A DNA stretch of 55,792 nt, filler included, from Sphacelaria rigidula (GCA_964200075.2; 4 parts of 4 records of this genome joined end to end with filler, not necessarily neighbours in it); one strand, 5' to 3'; shown: positions 1 through 13,224, counted from the first letter of the whole stretch. A program made the numbers and translations. Notes: generated from the letters alone by a model not told the origin.

Positions 1-877
1 GTGGTGTGTCGTCGGTTCTCGTTGGTGCGGAACAGGGGTGTGCTGCTTGGGGGGGGGGGGGGGGGGGGGGGGGGGGATCGTGAAAGTGTCTGGAGGAAAT
101 CGGAATAAAATCTCGGGGCTGCAGAGTCGCCGATTCGCCGAGAATCAGCCCGTAAGCTGTCCAATATTGGGTACAGCATTTCAGGGGAGATGTGAAGAAG
201 TACCCTATCTTATCGGATGTTGACGACCATGAATACCTTGGACGCACAATATGGGACAAAACGAAAGCGGAAAACGTTCGGTGTAACAGTCACCCTTGTC
301 TCGTCCAATAATTCGATGACGGGTCATGATGGGTCGAGTCAGACACCGTGCAACGACTTCGCACTCGTCATCACTGCTTCAGAGGATCCCACAATTCCAC
401 ATGGGGGAACGCCCGAGATTCTTCACGTGATGTGCCTATAAGCTCTCATCGTGGCAACAGTCCATCAGCGCATGGGGACATATCTTTGGGAGTTGACTGT
501 TGCCTGCCTCGTGTTTCATTGCCCCTTGTTTTCATAAGTCGTCTCTCTTTGATTTTGGATGCCCCAGAACAGCGACACTGAAGAAGATATGCGGCCGTCA
601 TAACCACCGATGCTGCGATAAAACTCGTGGGTGGAAGGACGCATCAGCAACGGGAAATGGGATATCGATCGACGGGAACCCAGCCATCAAAAGGCGGAAA
701 ATACACCCGCTGCAAAAAACGCAGCAAGCGAGCTTCTAGCCCTCGAATGTTCGCTTCCCCCCTTACCCGGCCTTCATCACAGAACGTCAACGCAATATCG
801 GAAGCAAATAGCGCAGTCAGTCTCAGCAGCCTTCACAAGCACACTCATGCACATGCCACGATTTTTTTCCACAAAAT

Positions 878-1141
878 CTACAACATGAGCTTGATCAGGC
901 CGTTGATCTTGGCGCCGCGCTGGCCGGCATCACCACCCTCATTGAAGTGGAGCAGCTTCTGCCTGAAGCCACCGTTAGGGTTCGACAGCTTGAAGGGCCA
1001 CAAGAAGTTGTTAGCTTCTTTGAAAGCGGGGCCGACCGTGTAGATCTCGTGGATGAGGTCCTCGACGCAGATGATGCCCTTCGAGCCCAAGGTTCCCTCG
1101 ATCACCGAGTTGTCCGAGATCGGGATGCGCTGCTTGTTCAC
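878..1141 (-). CDS. RPL7: 60S ribosomal protein L7, exon 3 (terminal)
   Basis: CAG|GTG acceptor; [11 protein letters not shown]...[30 protein letters not shown]...GGDAGQR...LIKLML-TAG; spliced product is 246 aa. Confidence 0.97.
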   Translation of the reverse strand: MNKQRIPISDNSVIEGTLGSKGIICVEDLIHEIYTVGPAFKEANNFLWPFKLSNPNGGFRQKLLHFNEGGDAGQRGAKINGLIKLML

Positions 1142-2119
1142 CTGATCAAAAATGGACACATCAAAAGACAGAAGGAGCAAAAACAATCACACGACAGTGA
1201 AAGTGAACGAAAGGAATGTCTTCCAGCTTTTACAAGTCCTCAAAACACCGGTGTGGGTCGCGTACTCGACGTCACAACGCAGGTATCGTGAAAAGGGGGG
1301 AGGTAGGATGCGACCGGTGAAATAGGGGGGCAAGGGTAGTCTTCGACATCATGCAAGTTGTGGCGGCCAGGAGCTTCGTGCAGTATTCGTCAATATCTGC
1401 CATGTATGGCTCACCTCTCGTATTTTGACTTCGAAATATATATGAAAAATGGAACAGGTGATTTCGAGGCTGGGGCGTCAGAGAACGTGATGTTCTTCTA
1501 GCTCAACAGAGTTCGAGGATTAGGAGGTATTGCGAAGAAGGCACGTCTCCGGGATGAAAGGAACGCCACGCGTGTGCCCTCGACAATACAGCCGAGGGTT
1601 CTATTGCGGGAAAAAAATGCGCCTACAGAACCCTGCCCCATGCCTAAACTTGATATAGTGTGGCATTTTGGAGTATGAAGTCATTTTCTTCGTTTGATCT
1701 ACTTTTTGCCGAAATGCTGTCGTTCCATGATATCGGAAATCATGAGATAACATGAAATGCGACAGTACTATTCCGTTTGTGACTTACTGGTTCAGCGAGC
1801 GTCCTTGATTGCATGTTCGGCGCACGCTCTGGGACATGGCGTTCAGCCCGCCGAGCGTTCACCGCCTGGAAAGGACGGCTGTTTTCATATTTTCCACAGG
1901 AGGTGAAGCAAAACTTTCAGCTGACAAGACGTTTCCCAGACGAAGCCACATGAGAGTATCGCCGGTGATTATTCGCCAGTAGCGTAGGAGCATCGCTCAT
2001 AGGAATACGTCCATGTAGGGAGGAAAGTCGTACGATGACGCGCCCAAATCCTCGCCTTGGAACTAGTAATACTTTCTTCTAGAACCACTTCGAGGGAGTT
2101 AAGAACAGATAACTCAATT

Positions 2120-2340
2120 TCGAACAGCATGATGAGGGGTGGACAACGCGTATTCGATTACTGACTGCGGGTGGGTCTCCGTGTTAGATCTCGCGTCCAG
2201 GTATGACCCTGAAGTTCGAGATGTTGCGCGTCGAACAGCATGATGAGGGGTGGACAACGCATATCCGATCAAACACCGCGGGTGGGTCTCCCTGTTAAAT
2301 CTCTGGTCCAGGTATGAACCTGAAGTTCGAGATGTTGCGC
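2120..2340 (+). repeat. Tandem 111-bp duplication in RPL7 intron 2; each unit has box C/D-like architecture
   Basis: Units start at 2120 and 2231; each reads TCGAAC-agc-ATGATGA...CTGA-a-GTTCGA. Confidence 0.8.
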
Positions 2341-2480
2341 CACGCACGACTAGTAGCCTTCTTGGGCCGAATCCCTCTTGTGTCAACCCATTATATTACC
2401 GAACACAAGGGTGCAAGTACTGCGGACGCTCTGCAGACCATGAGAATTCGACACAAGAGCACACGGCGACACGAACGCAC

Positions 2481-2840
2481 CTTCCCAAAGCCACGCTTGT
2501 AGATGAGCTCACGCACAGTCTTGAGGTTGGGGTAACCGTAGGCCACGTACGGCTCCACCAGGCGGAGCATCTTGACTGTCGCTGCGTTCAGCTTCACAAA
2601 CACCGTGTTGTTGATCTGACGCAAGCGCAACAGCTGCAGGATTTTGCGCACCTTGGGCGACATTCCGATGATACCGCGGATGCGCACCACCACCACCAAG
2701 TTGGCCTCGGCAGGCACGTAAATGTTGCCCGCCGCTTTCGCCTCGCGGCGGAATCGGATAGCGTCGTTCTCCTGCGCCCGGTACTCTTTCACGTAACGTT
2801 CGGCACGCTCGAAGATCTCTTTCTTCTTGGCCTCGGCCGC
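2481..2840 (-). CDS. RPL7: 60S ribosomal protein L7, exon 2
   Basis: CAG|GCG acceptor, 360 nt, [20 protein letters not shown]...VVRIRGI...[11 protein letters not shown]...[26 protein letters not shown], donor AAG|GTGCGT. Confidence 0.97.
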
Positions 2841-5800
2841 CTGATGACGGTAACGGACACGTTACAGGAAGGGCAAGAGGTACAAGGTTGGCGAGTATTT
2901 CCCACGTGGATCAACAGGGGGGGGCAAGGAGAGTGGGCGGGTGGCGACGGGGAGAGCACACGCGTGTGTGTGGTGACAACACAATTCGTGGACAATATAA
3001 ACCGGTAATTCTCGATGATCAAGTGCATTCTTTTCGTTCGTCCCCAGTAGACGAGACTAGATTTCTCGTGCAGTGCATTCGAGTGCACTCCACCCGCTGC
3101 ACCTGCCCAACCCCACGGTTAGATAGCCCGATCGGATGTACGGGTAGGCACCGAGGTGGAAGTGTCCCCCCTACCCAGCGAGTCTCGGGTTCCTTTTTGA
3201 ACAAACCTCCTTCAATATCCCGCAGCTCGACTCTGTACGCGATCCACGATATGAGAGGAGAGACTCCCCACCGCAACAAAAATTCGAATCCACCACGAAC
3301 ACTTGCTCCGTTCGGCAGCTCCGCTCGCGCAAGAACCATGAGCGCATCATGGATGAAAAATCCATCAACAGTACCGCCCTTGTGCACAGATTTTGGACGG
3401 CTTCAATCGCTACTCGGCAACATCTCAGTCTTGTCTTCACTTCGATAATAAATGAGGCTGCCCCTGTTGATGCAGCCCACCAAAACGGTGCACCACGCCG
3501 AGTTCAGGACAGCGAACTATCGTCTTGGAGCTTGAGAGTAGATTCACGCACTTTAATCCGGGCGGGTTTTGACACCACAAGACCATGCTATACTGATAGA
3601 GGTGGCTCCAGCAAACTCGTGGGTTTTTCCAGGTGGTCGTGCTTCACTCTCAAAGAGAGTTGACCAGTCTGGGATAGGGGGGCAACCTGGGGCAAAAAAT
3701 TGACCGTGGCCACCTCGAACACCCACCGTAGTGCTGGGAACATCTCAACGAGTACAGCAAGGCCTTCCATGATATCAACACTCGCTCAGCTTCGGTGAGG
3801 CGTCGAAGGTGCAGAAGGTCCGAGTACACGGTTCTCGAGTTTCTCCTCTTCTTTGCCATGAGAAGCGGCCTGGACGAGGCCAGACCCTCGTTCTACTCCG
3901 GACGTTCGGTGTCCAGCCCTCAAGGGGGCAGATATAGGAACAGTGGCCGAAACAGCCACTTCATGGCTGAAATCAGTGCACCAGGAAGAGGTGATATTTG
4001 GGTACCTCATGAGATGTTCGACAGGATAAATTTCCCTACCTAACGACCTGGGCCAGCGGAGAAGCAACTGTGTAGTTTGCAGGCCCAATATACGGCCACT
4101 ATTCAGAGTTGAACCCTGAAACTTGGTATGGACACTGAATAGGGCATGAGAAAAATATTACCAGTGCACACAAGGTTCTTCTCTCTTCTTCCATGATTCA
4201 GGGGCATTGAATCAATATCTGAAAACCGATTTTTGCCCTGGACCCCTAGACCGCGAGGGTTTTCTGTTGAATCGGCATCAATTTCAAGTGAAAAAAAAGT
4301 ACGCATGATCCAGAAAAACTAAACTTGCGGACAAGGGTCGACTCATTGAATGAGACAGGAACCCTCGTGTGCAGTAATATTCATCCATCATACCTCATTC
4401 ACTGTCCGTAGCGAATTTCAGGGTTCAACTCCAAGTATTGGACGTGTATTGCGCCGTTCAGTGACGGGATCAGAAAAATTCGGAACAGTATTCCGCAGGC
4501 CACTTACCGGCTCACGTGTGGTGTTCGTGCAGTGAAACTTCGTGTGGGCCGTGGCTAGGGCATATTTGCCGATACAAAGCGGGTCAAGTTCATTTTTTCT
4601 TCCTTCACTGGTTTAGGGCGTTCACGTGTGGAAACGCCATCGTTTTACGAGAACGCCCCAACCCCTCCCCCCCAAGAAGATTGAGTGCACATTTTTTTCT
4701 CATCATACCTGTGATCCTTCATCCCGAGTTTCAACTTACAGTTCTACAATTTGAGCTCAGTATTGAGATGGGCGAAAAAGTAATCGTCATTTCTCTTCAA
4801 ATCTGCCCCAAAACCCCGAAAAAGGTAAAAAAAAAACGGAAAAGTTGAGAAGGCTGTGTTCATAGTCTTCAGTATGCACTAGAGGCTCTCCATACGAAAT
4901 TTTACAGCATAACTCTTACAAACCGAGACGCAATATCCAGGAGGTTTAGCTAGTCTAGCGCATCTCCTTGTCATAAGACTGATTTTAGTATGGAAACTCA
5001 TGTGCGCCATATCTCGAAATAGAACACGAATTAGGTGAAGGTGAGGGTATATGCTGTCTCGCCGGGCTCAAGGGAATGCTCACACCAAAATTCGTTGACA
5101 TCAACTAAATGCATCGATCTGGGGTGTCATAGACGTTTTCGTGTGGACGCCATCTCCCTTGCGTATGGGAACTACTCGACATGGGGCTCAATCAACAAAA
5201 AAATGAGTCCAAAGTTTTGAGCGTATGGGCACCTTCCCTTGGTTCAACAGTTAATAGGATGTGCAGATCATAGCCCAACTCGTGTGTCGATGAGATATTG
5301 CTTTGAGGGCTTAAATCCGTGTCTAGGCTGACCCAGCTCGTGGACAATTTTGTTGTCAAAAAGTCGAGAAGTTGCAATGGGTGAGAAATGTACCTCGTAG
5401 AGACCATGCCCGTCGCAACTTTTGTCGGTCGAAACGTACACTTTCATCAAGAAAACATGGTAGGCACAGGCACAGGAGACAGCAGTTGGCGACTCCACGT
5501 CCACCGACTCTCAGAAGTCTTCAGGCTGGATGGCGATGTGCGACCACCACAGTCACGGGGGTAGTAGTACTGTAACGATACGCTCGAGGATGCTATCGAA
5601 CCGTCATCGGGAACCAGTTCCTGACACGAAAACAAATCCAAGACACCACATACGCGCACCAACGTGTTTCACGACACAAGCACGTCAAGTACATCGTCCA
5701 ACGTACAGCTTACGGAATACCGGCTAAGCATGGCACCCACAAGTTATACAGTGTTGTCTGGTCAGAGTACAAGGAACCCAAGACGTAAGACGGGTTCATC

Positions 5801-6559
5801 ACCAACAGTGGACCAAGTACTGATCGTACTCTGTACGCCCGTGACAAAACTGGGTGTCACAGATCATGGACCATGTGTTGAAAACCTTTTCGGTAGCTGG
5901 CACATCACCTCATTGCGGGCGGATTAGACCACGCGCGGAATGTCCACCTCGTAACTGGTCGAGATGGGTAGAGAATGGCCAGGCTCGAACAGCGTGTAAT
6001 TTTGCTGGGCACTGGCGGGTACTCTGTGCGCGTGACCACAGACGAAGGTAAGGATGTACGCAGTGCGTGCATACCTTCCGCAGTTAGACCACATGAGTGT
6101 ATTCCAGCTCTATGAAGGGCAATATTTTTTAATACAACCCTGGTGGGATAAGAAGAGTAGCAGGCAACACATGTCAAGTGTACACAGCCCAAAAGGCGTG
6201 CCCACATTAGTAGAGGCACCGTGCCAGTGCAACTGTCTGCGCTACAGTCTGTACTCAATTGGACTTTTACCGACACAAAAAGTACAGAGTGTAGAGTACA
6301 ATCCCTCTCGGTCAGACCTGTAGAGGCTGGCCGTCCGACGCTCAGAAGTCTCAGAACACAAAACGATAAGCAAGTGCCTGGTTAGACCACGTAGGGAAAT
6401 TTAAACCAAGTCACAGGCCTAGATAAGATGTAGTAGCAGCGGCAGAGGCAGGGGCAGAAGCAGCGAAAGGCGGGCAGGAGCGCCAATGCCCCCCAATGGA
6501 CCATCAGCCACCCAAAGGCGGTGGTCTTGCGCGAAGGCCGTCCATCAATAATTGCATAC

Positions 6560-6676
6560 CTTGTGGTTTTGAGCAGCAGTGGTAGCCTGCTTGGCCGCGA
6601 TGGCCTCCTTCGTGCGGCGCTTCTTCAGCACCGACTCCGGTACGATGGGCTTCGTCTCACGCACGGCGGCCGGCAT
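6560..6676 (-). CDS. RPL7: 60S ribosomal protein L7 (uL30), exon 1 of 3
   Basis: ATG at 6676; MPAAVRETKPIVPESVLKKRRTKEAIAAKQATTAAQNHK contains the L7 N-terminal VPESVLKKR motif; 117 nt, donor AAG|GTATGC, phase 0. Confidence 0.93.
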
Positions 6677-7111
6677 GGTTGTTGGGGTTCTTTGAGGACG
6701 ACTCAAAGAGAATGGAGCTGGGTGGCCAAACGCCATAAGATCGGATTATGACAACAGCAAAAAATATTATGGAAACTAACTAAGGAATCTGCGTAGCATT
6801 GGAGGCCATGAGTGATATGTTCAGTCTGCTTTAGGGGTCAGTACTGTCCAAGGGGAGAGGTGTCACAGCGGTAAATTTCAAGCGGGAGAGCACGCACGTG
6901 CGGCGTGGAATGTGTTGAATTGCCTAGGCGTTACTTCTTCTCGAACAATCGCATATCCCTTCGTTGTTGGGAAAGACTTGCGATCGCACTGTGACTGTAC
7001 TTTTTGGGAGTACAGGCAGTAATAGACAGAAGAGGACGCTATCAACTTAATTTCACTTGAACAAAAAAAGGGTGCTCTTGTCGCAAGCTAGCTCCCCACA
7101 AACGAACAAAC
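6677..7111. promoter_or_regulatory. Probable bidirectional promoter and 5' UTRs between RPL7 and TFIIE-alpha
   Basis: 435 bp separate the two divergent start codons; no specific motif identified. Confidence 0.6.
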
Positions 7112-7230
7112 ATGGCGGACATGAGTGCAATCGTGGCGCTGCAGCAGGCGGAAAGGCTAGTGTCCACTGTGGCGAGGGCTTTCTACACCGACATTTCCGT
7201 GCTCGTCGTTGACATGCTCATTCGAGAAAA
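7112..7230 (+). CDS. GTF2E1: General transcription factor IIE subunit alpha, exon 1
   Basis: MADMSAIVALQQAERLVSTVARAFYTDISVLVVDMLIRE(K) matches the TFIIE-alpha N-terminal LVxxVARAFY...vvD.L pattern; donor AA|GTGAGT, phase 2. Confidence 0.85.
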
Positions 7231-8015
7231 GTGAGTCCAAGCGTCTAGACCGTTGATCCTTCAAGTAAATACAGTTGATGACGGAGTATAACACCCCCTT
7301 GTAAACACCGTCGCGACCCGAATGATCCACAGCCTTCCGCGAGCACGCCGGCCGGGAAACTTCATGCGGTTGGGTAAGATTCCACATTCGAAGAGATTTC
7401 ATGAATGCCAGTATCTCGGGAAAATCAAGGTCAAGAAATGTCTTGCCGTCGTCGAGATACTCTCTGCACTGTTTTACTCTGTCGGGGACTCCGGTCGGGT
7501 TGGGTGGTGTGTCCTGCGGTGATGACGGGTGTAAGATGCGACGCGATACGCTCGGCGATTTGGCTCTCCATACTTTTCAGGCCCATATTGAGACTCACTC
7601 TTCAAGTAACGGAGAATTGTTGTCTATACTCTCCGTCTAGTGCTCCGAAGTATGTTTCTGTGTTTCTAATTTCTACGGAACAAGTGCGGTGCGGCATAAT
7701 AATACTGGAGGAAAGCAGGACGGGCTCATGCTACGTGCACTTTACATTGTACTACAAGTACAGGTTGGTTCGCGCAAATCCCCAACATTTTGTCATCAGC
7801 TAATGCCTCCCGCGATACGCACCCAATATTCGCATACATGGTATCATACTGACCGCAATGAACAGACGAAGAGGGTGACATAGCCGGAGTTTTATTTTGG
7901 GCTATAGCGGTGGCGCTATGGACAAAAATGTGTCTCGACCAATCAGCGCCTTTCAAATTGATCTGAAATTGAAAACACGAATTCCAAGCCCAATTTCCAC
8001 CGGATCTCCAGATGC

Positions 8016-8176
8016 GAGCGTTGAAAATCGGATATCGATACTCGATACGATTTCGATAATATCGGTCGATACGGCGTATCGGTATCGCCGCTTCCCAAGC
8101 CGATATTTGTCGACACGTATAAATATCAATATCAATATCGGATATTGATATGGTCGATATAGTTATTTATTTATTT

Positions 8177-8212
<36 letters not shown>

Positions 8213-9514
8213 AGGGGCGGCGCCCCCCCCCCCCCCCCCCCACCCCCNNNNNNNNNNTTGTTTGTTTCTTTGTGTTGTTTTTTTGTTTGTGTTGTGGGGG
8301 GAGGGGGGGGGGGGGGGGGGGGGGGGGGGTGGTAGACAGCACATCGTGCCACCCCCCATCACCCCAATGCCCCTCACCCCGCCACACACCACAAACCACA
8401 CACCACACCGCAACTTGCTGCGAACCACACCGGTCTGCAACATGAGCCGCCTTCAGACTTTCGGCTTTGTGAAGGGCGGTAGCGCAGAGTCTGCGGTCGA
8501 CGTTTCTGCCGAACCGTCTGTATCTGTGTCTGCTATGGCGGCTGCTGCTGCACCAGTGGCCGCCCCAGTGCCCTCAACCAAGAGTGGAGAGAGCGGGCAA
8601 GCACAGTTTCCCGCGAACCCCGGCGTTTCTACAGTGTTCGCACGTTGCAGATGCGGTAGTTTAGCGGTATCTAGTGTGCAGACATCAGAAAGGGGGCGAA
8701 AGAGTACCGCGGATGCCTTGTGAATGTTTCAAGTAGGCGGGAGTGTTTCGCGTGTGAGGGTGGACAGTCATTTCTTCTCAGCATATCCAGTTTTTTCTAC
8801 AAGCTTTGAAATGCTATTGCTTCGGCGTTTAGGTATCTGGAGAGTATACTTCGTTGTGTAGCCGACAACGAACTAATTGGACCTATGCTGCCGACTTATC
8901 CCTTGTTTGGTATGGAGAACAGGAAGAGCGAGCGCGCATTTTCATTATCATTTTTCGCCCAGTTTCGACGTTTGGCGCGTTTGTTATTGAATAATGAGTG
9001 CGTTCGCAGTGCGCAGTGCGCATGGCCGAGGTATATGCTCAAATTCGATAGAAACATGACGGAATAGTGGCGACGGAATATCCTTTGGTGTATCACCGGC
9101 TTGAATAACACGCCATCATGCATCACACCTCGAGTTGTGATCAACGACCTCTTTTGCGACTTGCCCCTTGCACGATAAACCATTTTTGTCAAACCGGAAC
9201 GTCACGCCGCGTGGTGTGCCACCACTTCTATGATGTCAGATAACAAATCACAAATCTTACACCGGTGCTGCTGTACCTTCATACAATCAGGCGTCCACCC
9301 ACTTCGGGTTAGGTTGCTAGTGTCAGTGCAGTACCGGGAGGTCTTGCAAGCTGTGTCCCAACTAAAACAACCGTATCGTATCGTATCGTATCGAGTATCG
9401 ATACGTATCGGGTCATTTTCTGCGTATCGAAAAAAATATCGGTATCGACGTCTTGAGGTCGATACGTTGAAAATATCCTATCGAACTTTTTTTTCCGTTC
9501 GATATTCAACACTG
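8016..9514. mobile_element. Non-autonomous hAT-type DNA transposon in TFIIE-alpha intron 1
   Basis: 8-bp TSD CCAGATGC at 8008-8015 and 9515-9522; imperfect TIRs GAGCGTTGAAAATCG / CGATATTCAACACTG; dense subterminal TATCG/CGATA repeats at both ends. Confidence 0.8.
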
Positions 9515-9929
9515 CCAGATGCTTCAACAAGGTCATCAGCTCGGGAATCTAACGGGAGAAACAAATTTGAAAGCGGCTCCAACGGGGTCGAATGATTCCC
9601 AAAACCCTAATGTTTCGGTGATTGGAGTTTCGGCGTCGTCTAGTTTCCTCTCATGAAACGTACGAAAGACCCAGGGAGCCTTGTGACGATTTCCCTTGCA
9701 TCTGTTGTTGTAAAGCTCAGATTATCCTCAAACTTGACAGTTCCGTAGGTATTGATGCTTCACATGGAAAAATTGTATTCTCGGCAAGATTTCAAAGTTT
9801 CTGCATTCTTTACCGGCTTCCGGGGGTTCCAGTATGAAGATCCCCGGATGGTGATACAGAATGCTTCAAAATGAAAAAGAACAACATGATGCGTCCCGGG
9901 ATAGTCCAAGGAACTAATGCAAGGTTGTG

Positions 9930-10300
9930 TCTTGTAGGCTACGGCTTTCTGTGTACCCGGGGTGTTTTCCCGGGTATTTGCTGTCCTCGACAGTTCTGTA
10001 ATATCTGCAAGACTTTCATACCCTTACCCGATAGTTCTGTGATCTTGTAGGACTCCCGTGCCGTTACCAGGGGGCACCGGTACGCTGTTGATGAGTTACC
10101 CGGTTGCGGGTACGGTTTTCTGTGCAACCTCCATACCCCTCCTGACACTTGCCGTGAGTTCTGTAAAGTATTTTACCCGTACCCGAGGCGCGGGTATGCT
10201 CTCGAAGAAATACCCAATTGCCGGTACAGTTCTTCTGTATGACTTTCATCCAGTACCGGTACCCGACAGTTCTGTGAGCTCTGTAACCCTCCCATACCCC
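9930..10300. repeat. Interspersed repeat rich in GTACCCG/GTTCTGT/CATACCC motifs, copy 1
   Basis: Aligns by eye to 11000-11470 (shared GACTCCCGTGCCGT...GCGGGTACGGTTTTCTGTGCAACCTCCATACCC). Confidence 0.7.
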
Positions 10301-10999
10301 TGTTAGGATATATAGATATACCCGATCGCAGCAAGTATGAACGTAGGTGTTTACCTTGGGGAGGTACGGATGCAGGTTCAATCCAAACACAACCTCATGA
10401 CCTGAACATGTATCTCCCATCGATCAACCCACTCAACTCCTTCATACAGAACTGCATACCAACAAAAATTCAATGTTGGCAAGTTCCCCAAGGTTGGAAT
10501 TTGACGGGACACGAGGTACCGCTGAGTGGAAACAAGGAACATAAGCAGTACTGCAGATCGTCAGGATGGATCACCCCCAGACTCGAGTGGTGGCTCGAGC
10601 GGGGGCGGTTCATCTGCGCCACCAAGGGATCAAGTAGCAAGACTTATGTTATCGACGTTGATGGTGGTGGTATCGAGCTCGTCAAACCCCAGGCCATTAT
10701 CGACGTGCACAGCGCAGAGTATGAGCTGCCACCGAAACTCTAGGCCGTGGGCGATTTTGTCGTCTGCCGAAGGGCTTCCAGAGAGCGGGCAGCCGCGAAT
10801 GCTCCTTCATGTACTCTCTGGGAGTGTACGTGAAGCCGATAGATGTTGGTGATCCCGTGCACATGTACTACTACTGCAATTGTTCGTGTAGTCTTTCTCT
10901 ACCAACCCCGCGAAGCCGTTCAGAGTTTTCGTGAACTGCCATCTGTATTTTGCCACTGTTGTAGTGACGTAGGTCCCACCGATAACACCAAGGTCGTGT

Positions 11000-11470
11000 T
11001 TTGTAGGGTACGGTTTTCTGTATACCCGCGGCGTTTTTCCGGGTATTTACCGTACCCGACAGTTATGTGGCTTCTACAAGACTCCCGTGCCGTGACCGGG
11101 GGGCACGGGTATGCACTTGATGAGATACCCGGCTGCGGGTACGGTTTTCTGTGCAACCTCCATACCCTACCCGCCAGTTTCTTTGAGTTCTGTAAGCCAC
11201 CCATACCCTTACCCGACAGTTCTGTGAGTTCTGTACATAATGTATGCCCGAACCCGGAGCGGGGATATGCTCTTGGAGAAATACCCGATTGCCGGTACAG
11301 TTTTTCTGTAAGCCTCCCACACCGTACCCGACAAGTTTAGTAATTTCTGCAAGACTTTCAAACTGGTACCGGACGGTTTTGTAATTTCTGTGAGGCTTTG
11401 ATACAGGGTACCCGATATTCCTGTAAGTTCTGGAAGGAATCTTGTACCCTGCAGAACATAAACCGTACCC
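11000..11470. repeat. Interspersed repeat rich in GTACCCG/GTTCTGT/CATACCC motifs, copy 2 (MITE-like)
   Basis: Direct diverged copy of 9930-10300 with many internal short repeats. Confidence 0.7.
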
Positions 11471-12971
11471 TACATAACACATGTCCAAAGTTTGGTCGAG
11501 AAACTCGAAAATCTCGTACAGTTTTCCTTGCCTTGACGTAAAATTCGCCCAAAAAATACGTTTGAAAACTAGAACCAGGTAGTCAGGAGTTTGCACGTTT
11601 CACGCTCACGTCCTCGCACAAACGCGCAAACCTTCACGCAATTATTAGGAGTTAGACCGTCAAACTTTGAGTAATATGGGTCACTACGCAAGTTTCGATC
11701 AACAAGGTTCTTCTATTTCTTGACTTTTTCATCGTTTTTCGGGGGTCCGACGGGATCCAAGTCTTTTCTTCGAAGTCGTGGGTTGAAGTACAAAAAGCGC
11801 TGAAACAATGGATTAAAAAAAAGACGAAACTACTCGAACACAGTTGAGGGCCTGTACATACTGTAGTTCACCTTACTCATGGGACAGACAAAGTCGTATG
11901 TAGATATCGCGGGGAAGGAAGCAAACGCCCGGCTGATTTTGTGTGCAGATAGATATATTATTTATTGGCTTGCAAGCGCCAAGTTGAAGGGTACCCGGAA
12001 AGCACCTGCTACCGAAGGAAAACTCTTCATGAAGGAACTATGAGAAGAGGAGAGACGGCAGGAATTTTGAACGGCTCCCATTAGAGTTGGCCTTATATGG
12101 CCATTTTTCATGAAGAACGTCTCTGGAAACTGCTAGCCTTCTCCAGACAACGAGATTGGGAAAACTCTCCTCGCACACCGCACCCGCAATGGTACAGTCA
12201 GTGCTCCATCATACACTCCGCGCATACCAGTGTAGTACAGGACCGTGGCAACAGCATAGCTGCTGCAGCACTCCGTGCATCTTCATGACCTTAGGGCCAG
12301 GGACAGGCAGTACAAAGAGTAAAGTGCTTTTTCGACGGCAGTGTTACTACTATAAAATAGCACGATGTCGCCCCTGCTGGCTGTGTTGACTGGGCGTACC
12401 GTTTCATACTCGTCGTGTCCGCCACCGATTGTGAACTCTGAAGTATTCTGTGTACTGAGACGGTTGCTACCGCACTACTGACTGTCACGTGAGTTTGTTT
12501 TGTGCGGTATGGCACAAGCTGTACTGCTGCACACTGCACCGCTGGCGACACTGCTACTGTATCAAGCGGCGGTCGGCTGAAGGAAGGGTTGATACGCCTG
12601 CCATTTAGAACCCTATTCCACCAGTAGACACTCTGTGTGTGTATTGCCATCCCATCTATCCTGTACTTCGACGGGGGCACGCGCAAGTTTACCGCAGGTG
12701 ATACAAGGACAAAATGCAGATGATGACCACTACCACCGTCCGTACGCAGGTTAGATGATGACCTCGGGTGTACGGATCCCCAGGATTTTTTCATAAGACC
12801 ATGAAATCATAAGATGGGGTTTTTAAAACTGACTTTTTCTGAGAAAAGCCACTTAGGAAAGTCGTCCGCCCGAACTTTTTTCAGTCTATGAGAAGCGGCC
12901 CAAAGACGCGAATATTTTCATGTGTATTCGTTTTTTATATGTCAACGCTACATGTTTATGTATGTTTACAG

Positions 12972-13224
12972 GTATATAAAGGATAAGGATGAAGACCTGG
13001 GGAGTCGGCTCAACCTGAAGCCCACACAGACGCGGGCGGCGCTCCAGGACTTGGAGAACGAGGGGCTGGTGGCGAGGGAGGAGATGACGGACGAGATTTA
13101 TTTTGGGCGAAAGAGCTCGTACTGGTACATCGACCTTCGCCAAGCGGTGGCTGTCATTCGTCTTCGATTGCACGAGATGCAGACCATCTTGCAAAAGCAG
13201 GAGCAGGCCAAAAACGCGCAGCAG
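12972..13224 (+). CDS. GTF2E1: General transcription factor IIE subunit alpha, exon 2 (gene truncated by contig end)
   Basis: CAG|G acceptor completes the phase-2 codon AAG; YIKDKDEDLGSRLNLKPTQTRAALQDLENEGLV...SYWYIDLRQAVAVIRLRLHEM (winged-helix region, YWYID motif); donor CAG|GTATGT; zinc-ribbon exon not found in the contig. Confidence 0.85.

Noticed and set aside
2250-3008. 252-aa plus-strand ORF and similar ORFs (947-1291, 6521-6751)
   Set aside because: Antisense shadows of RPL7 exons
3650-3859. RRLTEAE resembling cytosine methyltransferase motif IX in RPL7 intron 1
   Set aside because: Single short motif; no motif X or catalytic PC motif in a compatible frame
8180-8330. Poly-G/poly-C runs with Gly/Pro-rich ORFs (also at 47-76)
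   Set aside because: They lie next to Ns or a contig end; likely low-quality sequence or homopolymer artefact
10301-10906. Possible solo LTRs (TGTTAG...CCAACA and TGTTGG...CCAAC)
   Set aside because: No matching TSD, PBS or partner LTR seen
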